The translations under genes and the position numbers were made by a program. DNA of 62,675 nucleotides, filler included, from a bacterium (GTDB taxonomy: Bacteria; UBP18; UBA7526), in assembly GCA_030615855.1 (NCBI GenBank). It is 5 parts of 5 records of this genome, joined end to end, with 100 filler letters (N's around TTAATTAATTAA, not from the genome) between each part and the next. Parts side by side here need not be neighbours in the genome. Positions count along the whole stretch, not along the records: positions 9,795 to 39,435 come from JAUWYL010000017.1; 4 more parts are not named here. One strand, given 5' to 3'. Below, one piece after another: positions 29,748 through 38,839 of this stretch. Positions within the stretch are counted from its first letter, which is position 1; every line of letters begins with the position of its first letter. The notes under the pieces are model-generated. The model was not told the DNA's origin. It did not search any database and saw only the letters and a list, made by a program, of their open reading frames with translations.

Positions 29748-31273
29748 AGGTGTTCTTGATTGATCCGCCGCATAAGATCTGGAGCGAGATGAGGGGTTGG
29801 GTACCGGCTCCAGCCCTGACCGCTTTGGGGGCCTATCTAGAGAAGGATTTCGATATTCGGGTTCTGGACTGCTCGGTGATGGAACATCCCTGGAGGGATT
29901 TAGAGGAGGCGGTAAGAGAAGAGAAGCCAGAGGTAGTGGGAATTACTACCATTGCCCTCATGTTCTATTATGATACCTTGAATGCTGCAAAACTGATAAA
30001 AATGGTCTCTCCTAAGACCAAGGTAATAGTTGGTGGGCCAGATCCCTCTCTAATTCCAGAGGAATTTTTAAGGGATGCTAAAGGAGATATTGACTTCATT
30101 GTGGTGGGTGAGGGGGAGATTACTGCCTACGAGTTATTAAAAGCCATAGAGAGAAAAGAGAAGGACTTTTCCAAGATAAAGGGATTGGCCTATCTTGAGA
30201 ATGATAAGTATGTCTATACCGGAGATCGGGAATTCATCAAGGATTTAGATAGCCTGCCTATGCCTGCTTATCATTTCCTTCCCATGGATAATCCCATGTA
30301 TGGAATACCAGCCTTCATGCCCCCTCATACGGTGACCATCTGTACTTCCCGGGGCTGCCCCTATAGATGCACCTTCTGTACCCAGACTGTGATGTGGAGG
30401 CACACCTGGAGGGGAAGGAGTGCTAAGAAAGTAGTGGATGAGATAGAACTGTTGGTTACTAAATATAAGAAAAGGGCGATTCTGGTAGGGGATAACGACT
30501 TTTTAATAAATAGGAAGCGAAATATCGAGTTCTGTGATGAGATGGAAAAGAGAAAGATCAAGATAGACCATATCTGGGTTCAGGCAAATCCAGCTCATAT
30601 TATAAGGGATAAGAATCTTCTCACTCGCTTTAAGAAGGTCGGGATTTTCATGACCCTACTGGGAACAGAGTCTGCCACTCAGAAGATCGTGGACAAGTAT
30701 CATAAGCCCATGGGCGTGGAACAGAACATCGAGGCCTTCAAACTATTGAGGAAGAACAAGATACTGGTCTTAGCAAGCATGATGATTGGTGGGGAGTACG
30801 AGACCATAGAGACCATCAATGAGATGGCCAGATTGGGCAGGAAGTATGGCGACTTTCCTACCTGGGCCCATGCCACTCCTTTTCCCGGGACCCCTTACTA
30901 TGAAGAATGTAAGAAGAAGGGGCTGATTGAAGTAACAGATTACAGAAAATATGACTGGGCCAGCGCCATCACCCCTTCCCGCACTCTTTCTCGAGAAGAG
31001 TTGGAGAAGTTGCGCATCGGTTTATTCCAGAGGGTGTATGGCCTGCGGCTCTTTGTCAAAGCCTTTTTTTCTCCCAACCCCAATATCAGGAGATATGAAA
31101 GATTTGCGGCCAACGAGTGGCTGGCAAGACAGATCTTCAAGAGGCCCTGGGTGGCACCAAATTATCAGAGCTTTGAGGATTATATGAAGGAACACGGAGC
31201 TACACCCCATACCATCGCCTCCGGCGAGCTACGGGGCAGGCGAAATAACACGAAACAAAAGAATGCAAAATGA
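29744..31273 (+). CDS. Cobalamin-binding radical SAM protein, BchE-like clade (paralog of 23298)
   Basis: SRGCPYRCTFC and TPFPGT motifs; N-terminus nearly identical to 23298. Confidence 0.92.
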   Translation: MKVFLIDPPHKIWSEMRGWVPAPALTALGAYLEKDFDIRVLDCSVMEHPWRDLEEAVREEKPEVVGITTIALMFYYDTLNAAKLIKMVSPKTKVIVGGPDPSLIPEEFLRDAKGDIDFIVVGEGEITAYELLKAIERKEKDFSKIKGLAYLENDKYVYTGDREFIKDLDSLPMPAYHFLPMDNPMYGIPAFMPPHTVTICTSRGCPYRCTFCTQTVMWRHTWRGRSAKKVVDEIELLVTKYKKRAILVGDNDFLINRKRNIEFCDEMEKRKIKIDHIWVQANPAHIIRDKNLLTRFKKVGIFMTLLGTESATQKIVDKYHKPMGVEQNIEAFKLLRKNKILVLASMMIGGEYETIETINEMARLGRKYGDFPTWAHATPFPGTPYYEECKKKGLIEVTDYRKYDWASAITPSRTLSREELEKLRIGLFQRVYGLRLFVKAFFSPNPNIRRYERFAANEWLARQIFKRPWVAPNYQSFEDYMKEHGATPHTIASGELRGRRNNTKQKNAK

Positions 31274-31405
31274 CACACGAAATAACACGAATCAAAGGAT
31301 ACGAAACAATACGAATAAAGAACGTAAAGGTTTTATTTTCCTATCTGTGATCTGTGCTGGTCTGTAAATATCTGTGGAAATCTGTGTTGTAGGAGGTCTA
31401 ACGGG

Positions 31406-32119
31406 ATGAAGATTTTGGGAATCTGTGGGACACATAAGAGGCAGGATCAGGAGTCTTCCAGTGAATGGCTGTTGAAGGAGGCCCTGAAGGCCGCAGAGAA
31501 GAAGGGAGCAGAGACGAAATCTATAAGACTCATTAACTATAAGATTACTCCCTGCTTAGCCTGTAATAAGTGTCGGATTGGGGAGAAGTGTCCTTTATTG
31601 GAAGACCCCAATGATGATGTCAAAAAGATCTTTGATATGATTGATGAGGCGGATGCTCTAATCTTCTCCTCCCCTACCTATGCCTATCAGCAGCCGGCGG
31701 TCACCTTAAGCCTTTTCCACCGAGTCATTCCCTTGCACGAGATCGAGAGGTCTAAGGAGTGGGGACTGGATATCCGGGCCTATAAGTGCAATCCCTTCCA
31801 TGGGAAACCGGTGGGGAATATGGCGGTCGGTGCTGGATTGGGGATGGAGGGAGCCCTCTATTATCTCTTCCATGTCTTGAAGGCCCTGGGTGCTACCTCT
31901 GTTATCTGTACCGGGATAAGTCTATTGGAGGCAGAGACCAAGAACCTCTTCGCCGCTGCCCCCATGGATCCAGCGATAAAGAAACTCTTGGAGATGCCGG
32001 GGACCAAACTTGAAGAGAATGAGTGCGCTATCGAACTCGCCCGGGCAGTGGGTAAGAGAGTAGTGGATGTCTATCATTCAGAGGTCTTCCAGTCACTCAA
32101 GGATGTTTTGAAATACTAG
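31406..32119 (+). CDS. Iron-sulfur flavoprotein / NADPH-dependent FMN reductase family
   Basis: MKILGICG, CLACNKC....C and ADALIFSSPTY motifs. Confidence 0.85.
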   Translation: MKILGICGTHKRQDQESSSEWLLKEALKAAEKKGAETKSIRLINYKITPCLACNKCRIGEKCPLLEDPNDDVKKIFDMIDEADALIFSSPTYAYQQPAVTLSLFHRVIPLHEIERSKEWGLDIRAYKCNPFHGKPVGNMAVGAGLGMEGALYYLFHVLKALGATSVICTGISLLEAETKNLFAAAPMDPAIKKLLEMPGTKLEENECAIELARAVGKRVVDVYHSEVFQSLKDVLKY

Positions 32120-32159
32120 AGGTTAACGGTTTACGGTGTACGGTAAAAAACTGTAAACA

Positions 32160-32240
32160 GTAAACAGCCCGAAGGGCGGGCGAATTGAATAATAGTTATT
32201 CATCAGCGGGGCAAGTAAAACGCGCCGCTCAACAGTAAAC
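32160..32240 (+). repeat. 81-bp three-hairpin dispersed element, copy 2
   Basis: GTAAACAGCCCGAAGGGCGGGC..ATTGAATAATAGTTATTCA.CAGCGGGGCAAGTAAAA.GC.CCGCTCAA..GTAAAC. Confidence 0.9.
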
Positions 32241-32266
32241 GAACCCTATCTTAAAGGAGGTCCTAA

Positions 32267-32512
32267 ATGGATTGGGACGAGAAGGCTTATGAGGATTTTA
32301 AAAAGTTGATCGGCCAGGCGCCGGTCTTTTCGAGAAGGACGGCAGAGAGATTAGTCTCTCAGAAGGCGGAGGAGAATGCTAAGGCCAGGGGTTCAAATAG
32401 GATCGAGGAAGAGGATATGATAAGGGCTTTCTTAAGCGAGACCCCAGGTCCCTTCAAGAGACGGATGTTCGCCGATATGGAGAGGTTCGGCATTGATTAT
32501 AAGAAGTATTAG
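32267..32512 (+). CDS. Small helical protein, DUF2621/PCP-reductase C-terminal-like
   Basis: SD AAGGAGG; W...A.......P.F.R..A......AE..A..RG...IEEED...AF; homologous to the C-terminus of 34486-35934. Confidence 0.75.
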   Translation: MDWDEKAYEDFKKLIGQAPVFSRRTAERLVSQKAEENAKARGSNRIEEEDMIRAFLSETPGPFKRRMFADMERFGIDYKKY

Positions 32513-32595
32513 AAATGATCTGTAAATTTTGTAATAAGGAGGCCTTGCCGCAAAGCGGCAAGAACCTTGTTTCTTCACTTCGTTCAGAAATAGAG

Positions 32596-32628
32596 AGACT
32601 TTCGCATTCGCGCGAATACGAAAGTGCT
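32596..32628. repeat. 33-bp palindrome, copy 1
   Basis: AGACTTTCGCATTCGCGCGAATACGAAAGTGCT. Confidence 0.9.
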
Positions 32629-32650
32629 ATATGGGAGGTATCAATATAAA

Positions 32651-33865
32651 ATGAATAAGGAGCCGCGGCCAAGAGTTGCCATAGTAGGAGGAGGATTGAG
32701 CGGATTAGCTGCTGCCTATTTCTTGAAGAAGAAGGGGACAGAGGTCACGGTCTATGAGAAAACCTCTGAAGTGGGAGGGAAGTTAGCCCGAGTAATAGTG
32801 GATGGAGTCTCCATCGATACTGGTGCTTTACTCTATTCCAAGGAACTCAATCCCAACTTTGATGTCTTAATAAATGAATTAGGAGTAGAGTGCGAAAGGA
32901 GATATCTGAATACCTTTGCTCTTCAAATCGAGGATAAGATTACTGCCTTGAATCCTTTAGCCCTAGCAAAGTCGAGACTCTTTTCCTTTGGAGAATTCTT
33001 GAAATGGAGGAAGGTGAAGAAGTTCATCAATTCCTTAAGTTTTGATCTGGATGAGGTGGACGAAAGGATTGATAAACTACACCAGATATCCTTAGAGAAA
33101 TATTTAAGGGACGTTGGTTTCCGGCAGGAACTCATCGACTCCTTCTTTCGGGCTTTCTGCTCCTTCGCCTATGTGGATGGAGCGAAAGATTTGGCTGCTG
33201 ATTTCGGCCTCTTCCTCTTAGCCTTCCCCCTGAAGACTATCATGGCTCCGGTTAAAGGGATGAGCGAGGTAGCTCTAGAACTGAAGAGAAGGTTGGGAGA
33301 TAGTGTAAGACTGAATACCAGAGTAGTTAATATATCCCAGAATCTGGACAGAACCTTTACCGTAAGAACGGAAAAAGAAGGAAAAGTTTCTGAAGAGACC
33401 TTTGACTATTGTATCTTAGCAACAGGAAGGAGAAATTTTAAGAATATCTTCCCAGAAGTTGACTTTGAGATAGAGATTACCAAGGCCCGGGGAGTGATTC
33501 TGGAATCAGACTGCCCTACTTATAAGAAGTATAACGTGCTCATCATCTCCAAGTATAAGAATGAGCATGGGGTTCAGGGAGGGAAGATTAAGCACCTGCC
33601 GGATGGAAGGAGTTTCTATGGCATGATGCTCTATCGACCGGATGCTGACCTGGGGAAAGTATTCGGGAAGCACAAGGTCCATCACAGGTTCGGCTGGTCA
33701 CCAGCCATGGCCTGGATGTCTCCGGGATGCAAAATACCGGATGTCAAGACTAACATTTCTAAATGCTTTGTCATCGGTGACTTCGACCACTATCCCGGCG
33801 TTGAGCCCTGCATCTTCGCCGCCCAAAAGGCAGTGAAATCCATCTTAAAAGAAACAACATCTTAA
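32651..33865 (+). CDS. FAD-dependent oxidoreductase (protoporphyrinogen oxidase / amine oxidase-like)
   Basis: VAIVGGGLSGLAAAY, E....VGGK and DTGA motifs; ATG 32651 preferred as start. Confidence 0.8.
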   Translation: MNKEPRPRVAIVGGGLSGLAAAYFLKKKGTEVTVYEKTSEVGGKLARVIVDGVSIDTGALLYSKELNPNFDVLINELGVECERRYLNTFALQIEDKITALNPLALAKSRLFSFGEFLKWRKVKKFINSLSFDLDEVDERIDKLHQISLEKYLRDVGFRQELIDSFFRAFCSFAYVDGAKDLAADFGLFLLAFPLKTIMAPVKGMSEVALELKRRLGDSVRLNTRVVNISQNLDRTFTVRTEKEGKVSEETFDYCILATGRRNFKNIFPEVDFEIEITKARGVILESDCPTYKKYNVLIISKYKNEHGVQGGKIKHLPDGRSFYGMMLYRPDADLGKVFGKHKVHHRFGWSPAMAWMSPGCKIPDVKTNISKCFVIGDFDHYPGVEPCIFAAQKAVKSILKETTS

Positions 33866-33891
33866 TGCGCTCTCGTTTTTATTGAGAAAAA

Positions 33892-33924
33892 AGACTTTCG
33901 CATTCGCGCGAATGCGAAAGTGCT
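33892..33924. repeat. 33-bp palindrome, copy 2
   Basis: AGACTTTCGCATTCGCGCGAATGCGAAAGTGCT; one mismatch to copy 1. Confidence 0.9.
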
Positions 33925-33959
33925 TTAACATATCATAATTCAGATTTAAGGAGGTTTTG

Positions 33960-34445
33960 ATGAAGATTTTGATTGTTTATTATTCCAAGACGGGGAAGAC
34001 GAAGGAGATTGCCCATACTATGGCCAATGAATTGGCGGATGGGAACGAGGTGAAGTTAAGAAAAATAAGGATGAAGGACGAGAGAGGTCTTCTGGCTACT
34101 TATCTTTTGGATACCAAAAAGGCATTAAGAAGAGAGAAACCGGAGATTGAAGTGCTCGACTTTGACCATAAGGAGTATGATCTCATCATTTTAGGAACCC
34201 CAGTATGGAGTGCCAATACCGCCCCAGCCATAAATACTTATCTTGAGAAAAGTGACTTCCGGAATAAGAAGGTAGCCCTCTTCGTTACCCTGCGCCTGAT
34301 GGGAGGAGAGAAGGTGGTGGGGATTTTAACCGAAGAGATAGAAAAGAAAGGAGGAAAGGTCATCGATTTTATCATCATCAAGACCGGTCTGTGTCACAAG
34401 AAAAAAATGCTTCAGGAAGCCCGCCGATTCGCAAGTAAACTTTGA
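33960..34445 (+). CDS. Flavodoxin
   Basis: YYSKTGKT and YDLIILGTPVW motifs. Confidence 0.85.
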   Translation: MKILIVYYSKTGKTKEIAHTMANELADGNEVKLRKIRMKDERGLLATYLLDTKKALRREKPEIEVLDFDHKEYDLIILGTPVWSANTAPAINTYLEKSDFRNKKVALFVTLRLMGGEKVVGILTEEIEKKGGKVIDFIIIKTGLCHKKKMLQEARRFASKL

Positions 34446-34485
34446 TTACGGGGCGCTAATCTGTGCCTAAAGGAGGTAAAGTAAA

Positions 34486-35934
34486 ATGAAACTATCAATA
34501 CCTTGTAATTGGGATATGGAGTTAATAAAAGCAACAAAAGACTTGCCTGTCTATGATTTTTATGGTGCTATAGCCACCACGCCGATCGGACATGGTAGAC
34601 CGGCGCTCATTATTCCTGATGTGGATGAGGATTTCGTAGCAGAATATATTAAAAAGGTTCATTCTACAAACCGAAAATTTTCTTATGTACTTAATGCTAC
34701 CAGTATGGGTAATTTAGAGTTCGATCCCAAGTTTCATAGGAAAATACTAAACTATCTTCACTGGTTAGTTGATATAGGGGTAGATGCGGTTCATGTATCA
34801 ATTCCGTACCTGATGGAAATAATTATACATCAATTTCCTAAATTGAAGGTAACCACATCAGTGATGGCCCATACTTGTTCTGTTGATATGGCGAAAGAAT
34901 TTGAAAGGCTGGGTGTATCAGCAATAAATCTGAGTTTGGAAATTAACAGAGATTTTAAAGCTATAAGGGCAATAAGAAAGGCGGTAAAAATTCCTCTGGT
35001 ATTAATTCCTAACTTAGCAGACTTACATCAATGTCCCTACAGGCATTATCATTATAGTATACTTGGTTTTACTTCCCAAACCCATAGTAAGGATAAAGCT
35101 CGAAGATACTGGGCTATGCAGCCCTGCAAGATGTATTGTAATGATCGGAAATTAAGTGAGCCGTTAGAAATTTTAAAATCATGCTTTATCAGACCTGAAG
35201 ACTTAAAATTTTATGAAAAGGAAGGGATAGATATTTTTAAGTTGTCAGGAAGGCATCAAAATACTGAATGGATAATGAAAGTAGCAAAAGCATATGCTAA
35301 CCGGGAGTATAAAGGAAATCTTGTGGATATCATAGATGCCATTATAATGAACAAAAAGGATATTAGAGAGTTTCATCCGGAGTTTATAACTGAATCAGAT
35401 CCAGAAATCCAGGCAGTTCCTGAATTTTATAGCTGGAGCAGATTAGATCTTAGTGCGTCTGATGTTGTTAACATAGATAATAGCAAATTAGACGGATTTA
35501 TTGATCATTTTGTGAATAATGGTTGCAACCCTTCTATTGATTGTGATGAGTGTGGCTATTGCGCAAAATGGGTTGATAAAGCAGTTAAAATAAACCCTGA
35601 TTTGTCTAAACAATATTTAGAAGCCATAAAGAAACATCGCAATGCGTTACTGATGAGTAAATTTGCAAAAGAAGTTGAGGCGCTGGAGTGGGATAAGAAA
35701 GTGAGGATTATTTTTGAAAATATGATAAGTTCAATCCCGCAGGTGGTTAGAAAAGTTGCCAAAACTGCAGTTTCTGTAAATGCAGAGAAACTTGCCAAGG
35801 AAAGAGGCGCTTTTATTGTGGAGGAAGAAGATTTGGCCAAAGCTTTTCTGGAAAGTTGCCCTTCTGAATTTCAGGACCAGATGGGAGAGAAGTTAAAATC
35901 CCACGGGATTGATATAGCTAAATTTAGAGATTAA
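34486..35934 (+). CDS. U32-family (Fe-S hydroxylase/peptidase-like) protein with C-terminal DUF2621-like domain
   Basis: GHGRP, YVLN, FIRPEDL..Y...G...FKLSGR motifs; Cys-rich C..C..C.YC; C-terminal ~85 aa resembles ORF 32267. Confidence 0.85.
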   Translation: MKLSIPCNWDMELIKATKDLPVYDFYGAIATTPIGHGRPALIIPDVDEDFVAEYIKKVHSTNRKFSYVLNATSMGNLEFDPKFHRKILNYLHWLVDIGVDAVHVSIPYLMEIIIHQFPKLKVTTSVMAHTCSVDMAKEFERLGVSAINLSLEINRDFKAIRAIRKAVKIPLVLIPNLADLHQCPYRHYHYSILGFTSQTHSKDKARRYWAMQPCKMYCNDRKLSEPLEILKSCFIRPEDLKFYEKEGIDIFKLSGRHQNTEWIMKVAKAYANREYKGNLVDIIDAIIMNKKDIREFHPEFITESDPEIQAVPEFYSWSRLDLSASDVVNIDNSKLDGFIDHFVNNGCNPSIDCDECGYCAKWVDKAVKINPDLSKQYLEAIKKHRNALLMSKFAKEVEALEWDKKVRIIFENMISSIPQVVRKVAKTAVSVNAEKLAKERGAFIVEEEDLAKAFLESCPSEFQDQMGEKLKSHGIDIAKFRD

Positions 35935-36083
35935 AATGAAGGATTATGTTGAAATTTCAACACCCATGAAAGGTAGGGCCCTGAACCATTACGGTACAGG
36001 GCAAGGGTTTGTTGTTACGGACCTGATTCGTACCAGATATTTCACCCCTGTATTTTTAATCACATATTAACTGCTTGAAGTAT

Positions 36084-36116
36084 AGCCACTATATCTCTAT
36101 GGTGTAGTGGCTTTTT
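36084..36116 (+). terminator. Intrinsic terminator
   Basis: AGCCACTATA...TGTAGTGGCT stem followed by a T-run. Confidence 0.65.
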
Positions 36117-36118
36117 GT

Positions 36119-36147
36119 TTGACCTATTTTGTCTAATATGGTATATT
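36119..36147 (+). promoter_or_regulatory. Sigma70-type promoter for the MMPL gene
   Basis: TTGACC-17 bp-TATATT with extended -10 TG. Confidence 0.6.
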
Positions 36148-36172
36148 ACCTGAAGAAGAGAGGTCATAAATT

Positions 36173-38725
36173 GTGAGGAAAAGAATTCTCAAGAAGATTG
36201 CTCGGATTTCATATCATAGATACAGATTAGTTTTAAGTATCGCTTTAATTCTGACCATTGTTTCACTTCTCTTATCCTTCCGTCTGGAACTAAAGACGGA
36301 TATCATCAATCTCCTTCCTCCAGAATCCAAGGCAGCCAAGGTATTCTGTCGGGCCATCTCATCCTTCGGCACTTTTGATTACCTTATCGTCTTCATCCGT
36401 ACAACGGATACTCAACGCACTTCGTTTGCCTTGAGATATTCCACGGATAAAAACACGGATATTAAGCGATTAGAGAATTTTAGTGATTCCTTTGCCTATG
36501 AATTAGGAAAGTCCGACCTTATTGAAGGGATAGACTATAAGATTTCGGAAGAGATAAAGAGGTTCTTTCAGGAGGAGTTATTAAAGCGTCCTTACCTTTA
36601 CCTTTCTTCAAGCGATATTAGAAAGTTGAAGACTAAACTGAGCGATGAGGCCATCTATCGTCAGATAAAGGAGAACAAGCGCCTCTTAGCCAGCCCCATC
36701 TCATTCGCTACAAAGGACTTCATCCAGAAAGACCCCTTTAATTTACGAAGCATATTTAAAGGCTATATCCTGCAGCAGAAAGGCCCCTATAACCTCGACC
36801 TCAGTAGAGGCTATTACCTCTCTCCTGATCAGAAGGCCCTCCTGATGATTATCAAGCCCAAGAGGCCGCCCACGGATATTGATTTTGATAAGAAGTTGCT
36901 AAAAACCATTAAGGAGGCAGAGAAGAAGGCCTATAAAGAAGGAGTAAGAGTAGATTATACCGGTGGCTACATCATGGCCCTGGATGATGAGAGAATGATT
37001 AAGAGGGACATCATACTTACCCTTTCCCTCGCCTTCTTTTTAGTCCTCACTCTATTCTTTCTTACTTTTAGAAGGAAGGAGACCTTCTTCTTTGTGAGCG
37101 TTCCCCTTTTAATGGGTCTGGCCTGGACGGTGGGGATCGCTTCTCTATATCCCAGGCATCTCAATATGGTCACCTTCGGCTTCTTTCCCATCCTAATCGG
37201 CTTAGGAGTGGATTATGCCATCCACATCTACAACCGCTACTTAGAAGAGAAGAGAAAAGGCAAGGATACCTTGAGCTCATTGGAGATTACTCTCTCTCAG
37301 ACAGGGGAGGGGATACTGACCGGTGCTCTGACTACTGCGGTTGCCTTTTATTCTTTAACCTTCACTAAATTCCGGGGACTATCTGAGTTAGGATTCCTTT
37401 CCGGGACAGGGATCTTAGCCTGCCTCCTGTCCATGTTCTTCATCCTTCCGGCTATTTTGAGCTGGCAAGTCAAGAGGAAGAGATTTGTACCGAAACTCTT
37501 GCATCCCTTTGGATTGGAAAAGATTTCTAAGATTCTTTTAAAGTCTCCCAAGATTACCTTAATCGTTGCTATCTTTATCACTTTAATTTTGGGCTTAAGT
37601 GCTTTAGGGATCACCTTTGATAGTGACTTTCGGAACTTGAGACCAAAGGAGACTCCAGCCTTCAAGGTTCGGAATGAGATGGGGAAGAAGTTTGGCTCTC
37701 CTTCTGATCCCTTGATGATTATCGCTTCTGGAAAAAACAAAGAAGAAGTTCTTCAGGTAAATGAGAGAATAACCCAGAGAATAGAGGAATTAAAAAAAGA
37801 AGGGAGAATGGAATATTATCAATCCCCAATTAGTTTTCTTCCTTCAAAGAAGAGGGCTCGTGAGAATATTGAAGAGTTAAGAAGGTTTGACTTTGAGAGC
37901 ATAATTACTACCTTTAAAGAAGCCCTCTTAAAGAATGGCTTCAGAATAGAGGCTTACCAAAGATATATAGATGAAATAAGAAATTTAGAGGCGAGGCTAA
38001 AAGGACCCGTCTCTATTTCAGGGAAGGATCTGGAGAAGATGACCAAACGCTATCTTATCGAAGACGAAGAAGGATTCAAGACTCTTACCCTGGCTTATCC
38101 TGTGAAGAAGATCCTTTCTCCAAAAGAAGTAGATGAGTTCGAAGAGAGAATAAAAGGAAACGAGAAGGGGATTAAGATTACTGGGGTGGGGATTATTGCC
38201 AGTGAACTCAAGAGGTTAATCACTAAGGATTTTATCTTAGCTACAGTCCTTGCCTTTACTGGGGTCTTCATTATGCTTTTAATCCACTTTAGAAGAATAA
38301 AGATAGTAATTCTTGCTCTCATTCCCCTGATCTGTGGTATAATCTGGATGTTAGGGATTATGAGGCTTATCGGCCTTAGGATGAACTTCATCAATATCGT
38401 AGTTACTCCTCTCATCTTAGGAATTGGGATAGACGATGGGATCCATATCATCCACCGCTACTTAGAAAAAGGACTTGTCCCCCGAAGCCTTGGCGTAGGG
38501 GGGGTAGAAGATGCCATTCATCATACGGGAAGGGCGGTGGTCATGACCTCTCTCACTACTATGGTGGGATTTGGGAGTCTGGTCTTTGCTCAGTATAGAG
38601 GATTGGCCACCATGGGAGCCCTTGCCCTTCTTGGCGTAGGCCTATGTCTCATCGCTTCTTTAACCATTTTGCCAGTATTACTTAAGATAATGGAAAACAC
38701 GAAACGACACGAACTAGAAAAATGA
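36173..38725 (+). CDS. MMPL/RND family lipid exporter (HpnN-like)
   Basis: Two repeats with GLGVDYAIH / GIGIDDGIH motifs and large periplasmic loops. Confidence 0.92.
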   Translation: MRKRILKKIARISYHRYRLVLSIALILTIVSLLLSFRLELKTDIINLLPPESKAAKVFCRAISSFGTFDYLIVFIRTTDTQRTSFALRYSTDKNTDIKRLENFSDSFAYELGKSDLIEGIDYKISEEIKRFFQEELLKRPYLYLSSSDIRKLKTKLSDEAIYRQIKENKRLLASPISFATKDFIQKDPFNLRSIFKGYILQQKGPYNLDLSRGYYLSPDQKALLMIIKPKRPPTDIDFDKKLLKTIKEAEKKAYKEGVRVDYTGGYIMALDDERMIKRDIILTLSLAFFLVLTLFFLTFRRKETFFFVSVPLLMGLAWTVGIASLYPRHLNMVTFGFFPILIGLGVDYAIHIYNRYLEEKRKGKDTLSSLEITLSQTGEGILTGALTTAVAFYSLTFTKFRGLSELGFLSGTGILACLLSMFFILPAILSWQVKRKRFVPKLLHPFGLEKISKILLKSPKITLIVAIFITLILGLSALGITFDSDFRNLRPKETPAFKVRNEMGKKFGSPSDPLMIIASGKNKEEVLQVNERITQRIEELKKEGRMEYYQSPISFLPSKKRARENIEELRRFDFESIITTFKEALLKNGFRIEAYQRYIDEIRNLEARLKGPVSISGKDLEKMTKRYLIEDEEGFKTLTLAYPVKKILSPKEVDEFEERIKGNEKGIKITGVGIIASELKRLITKDFILATVLAFTGVFIMLLIHFRRIKIVILALIPLICGIIWMLGIMRLIGLRMNFINIVVTPLILGIGIDDGIHIIHRYLEKGLVPRSLGVGGVEDAIHHTGRAVVMTSLTTMVGFGSLVFAQYRGLATMGALALLGVGLCLIASLTILPVLLKIMENTKRHELEK

Positions 38726-38750
38726 AAAGTTTAAGGTAACTAAGACACGA

Positions 38751-38807
38751 ATTACAGGATGCGCTTCGCTGGCATCCTAGAGAGCATAAATAATTAAGCA
38801 TTGGCAC
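38751..38807 (+). repeat. 57-bp dispersed element; second copy at 44063-44119 (-)
   Basis: ATTACAGGATGCGCTTCGCTGGCATCC.AGAGAGCATAAATAATTAAGCATTG.CAC. Confidence 0.88.
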
Positions 38808-38839
38808 GAATATCTGAAGAAAGGGTGAAGGGAATAAAA

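Noticed and set aside
23298-33865. Bacteriochlorophyll/tetrapyrrole pathway (BchE-like, PPO-like and PCP-red-like proteins)
   Set aside because: No chelatase, bch or hem genes; the context is acyl transfer and lipid export. These family labels are broad.
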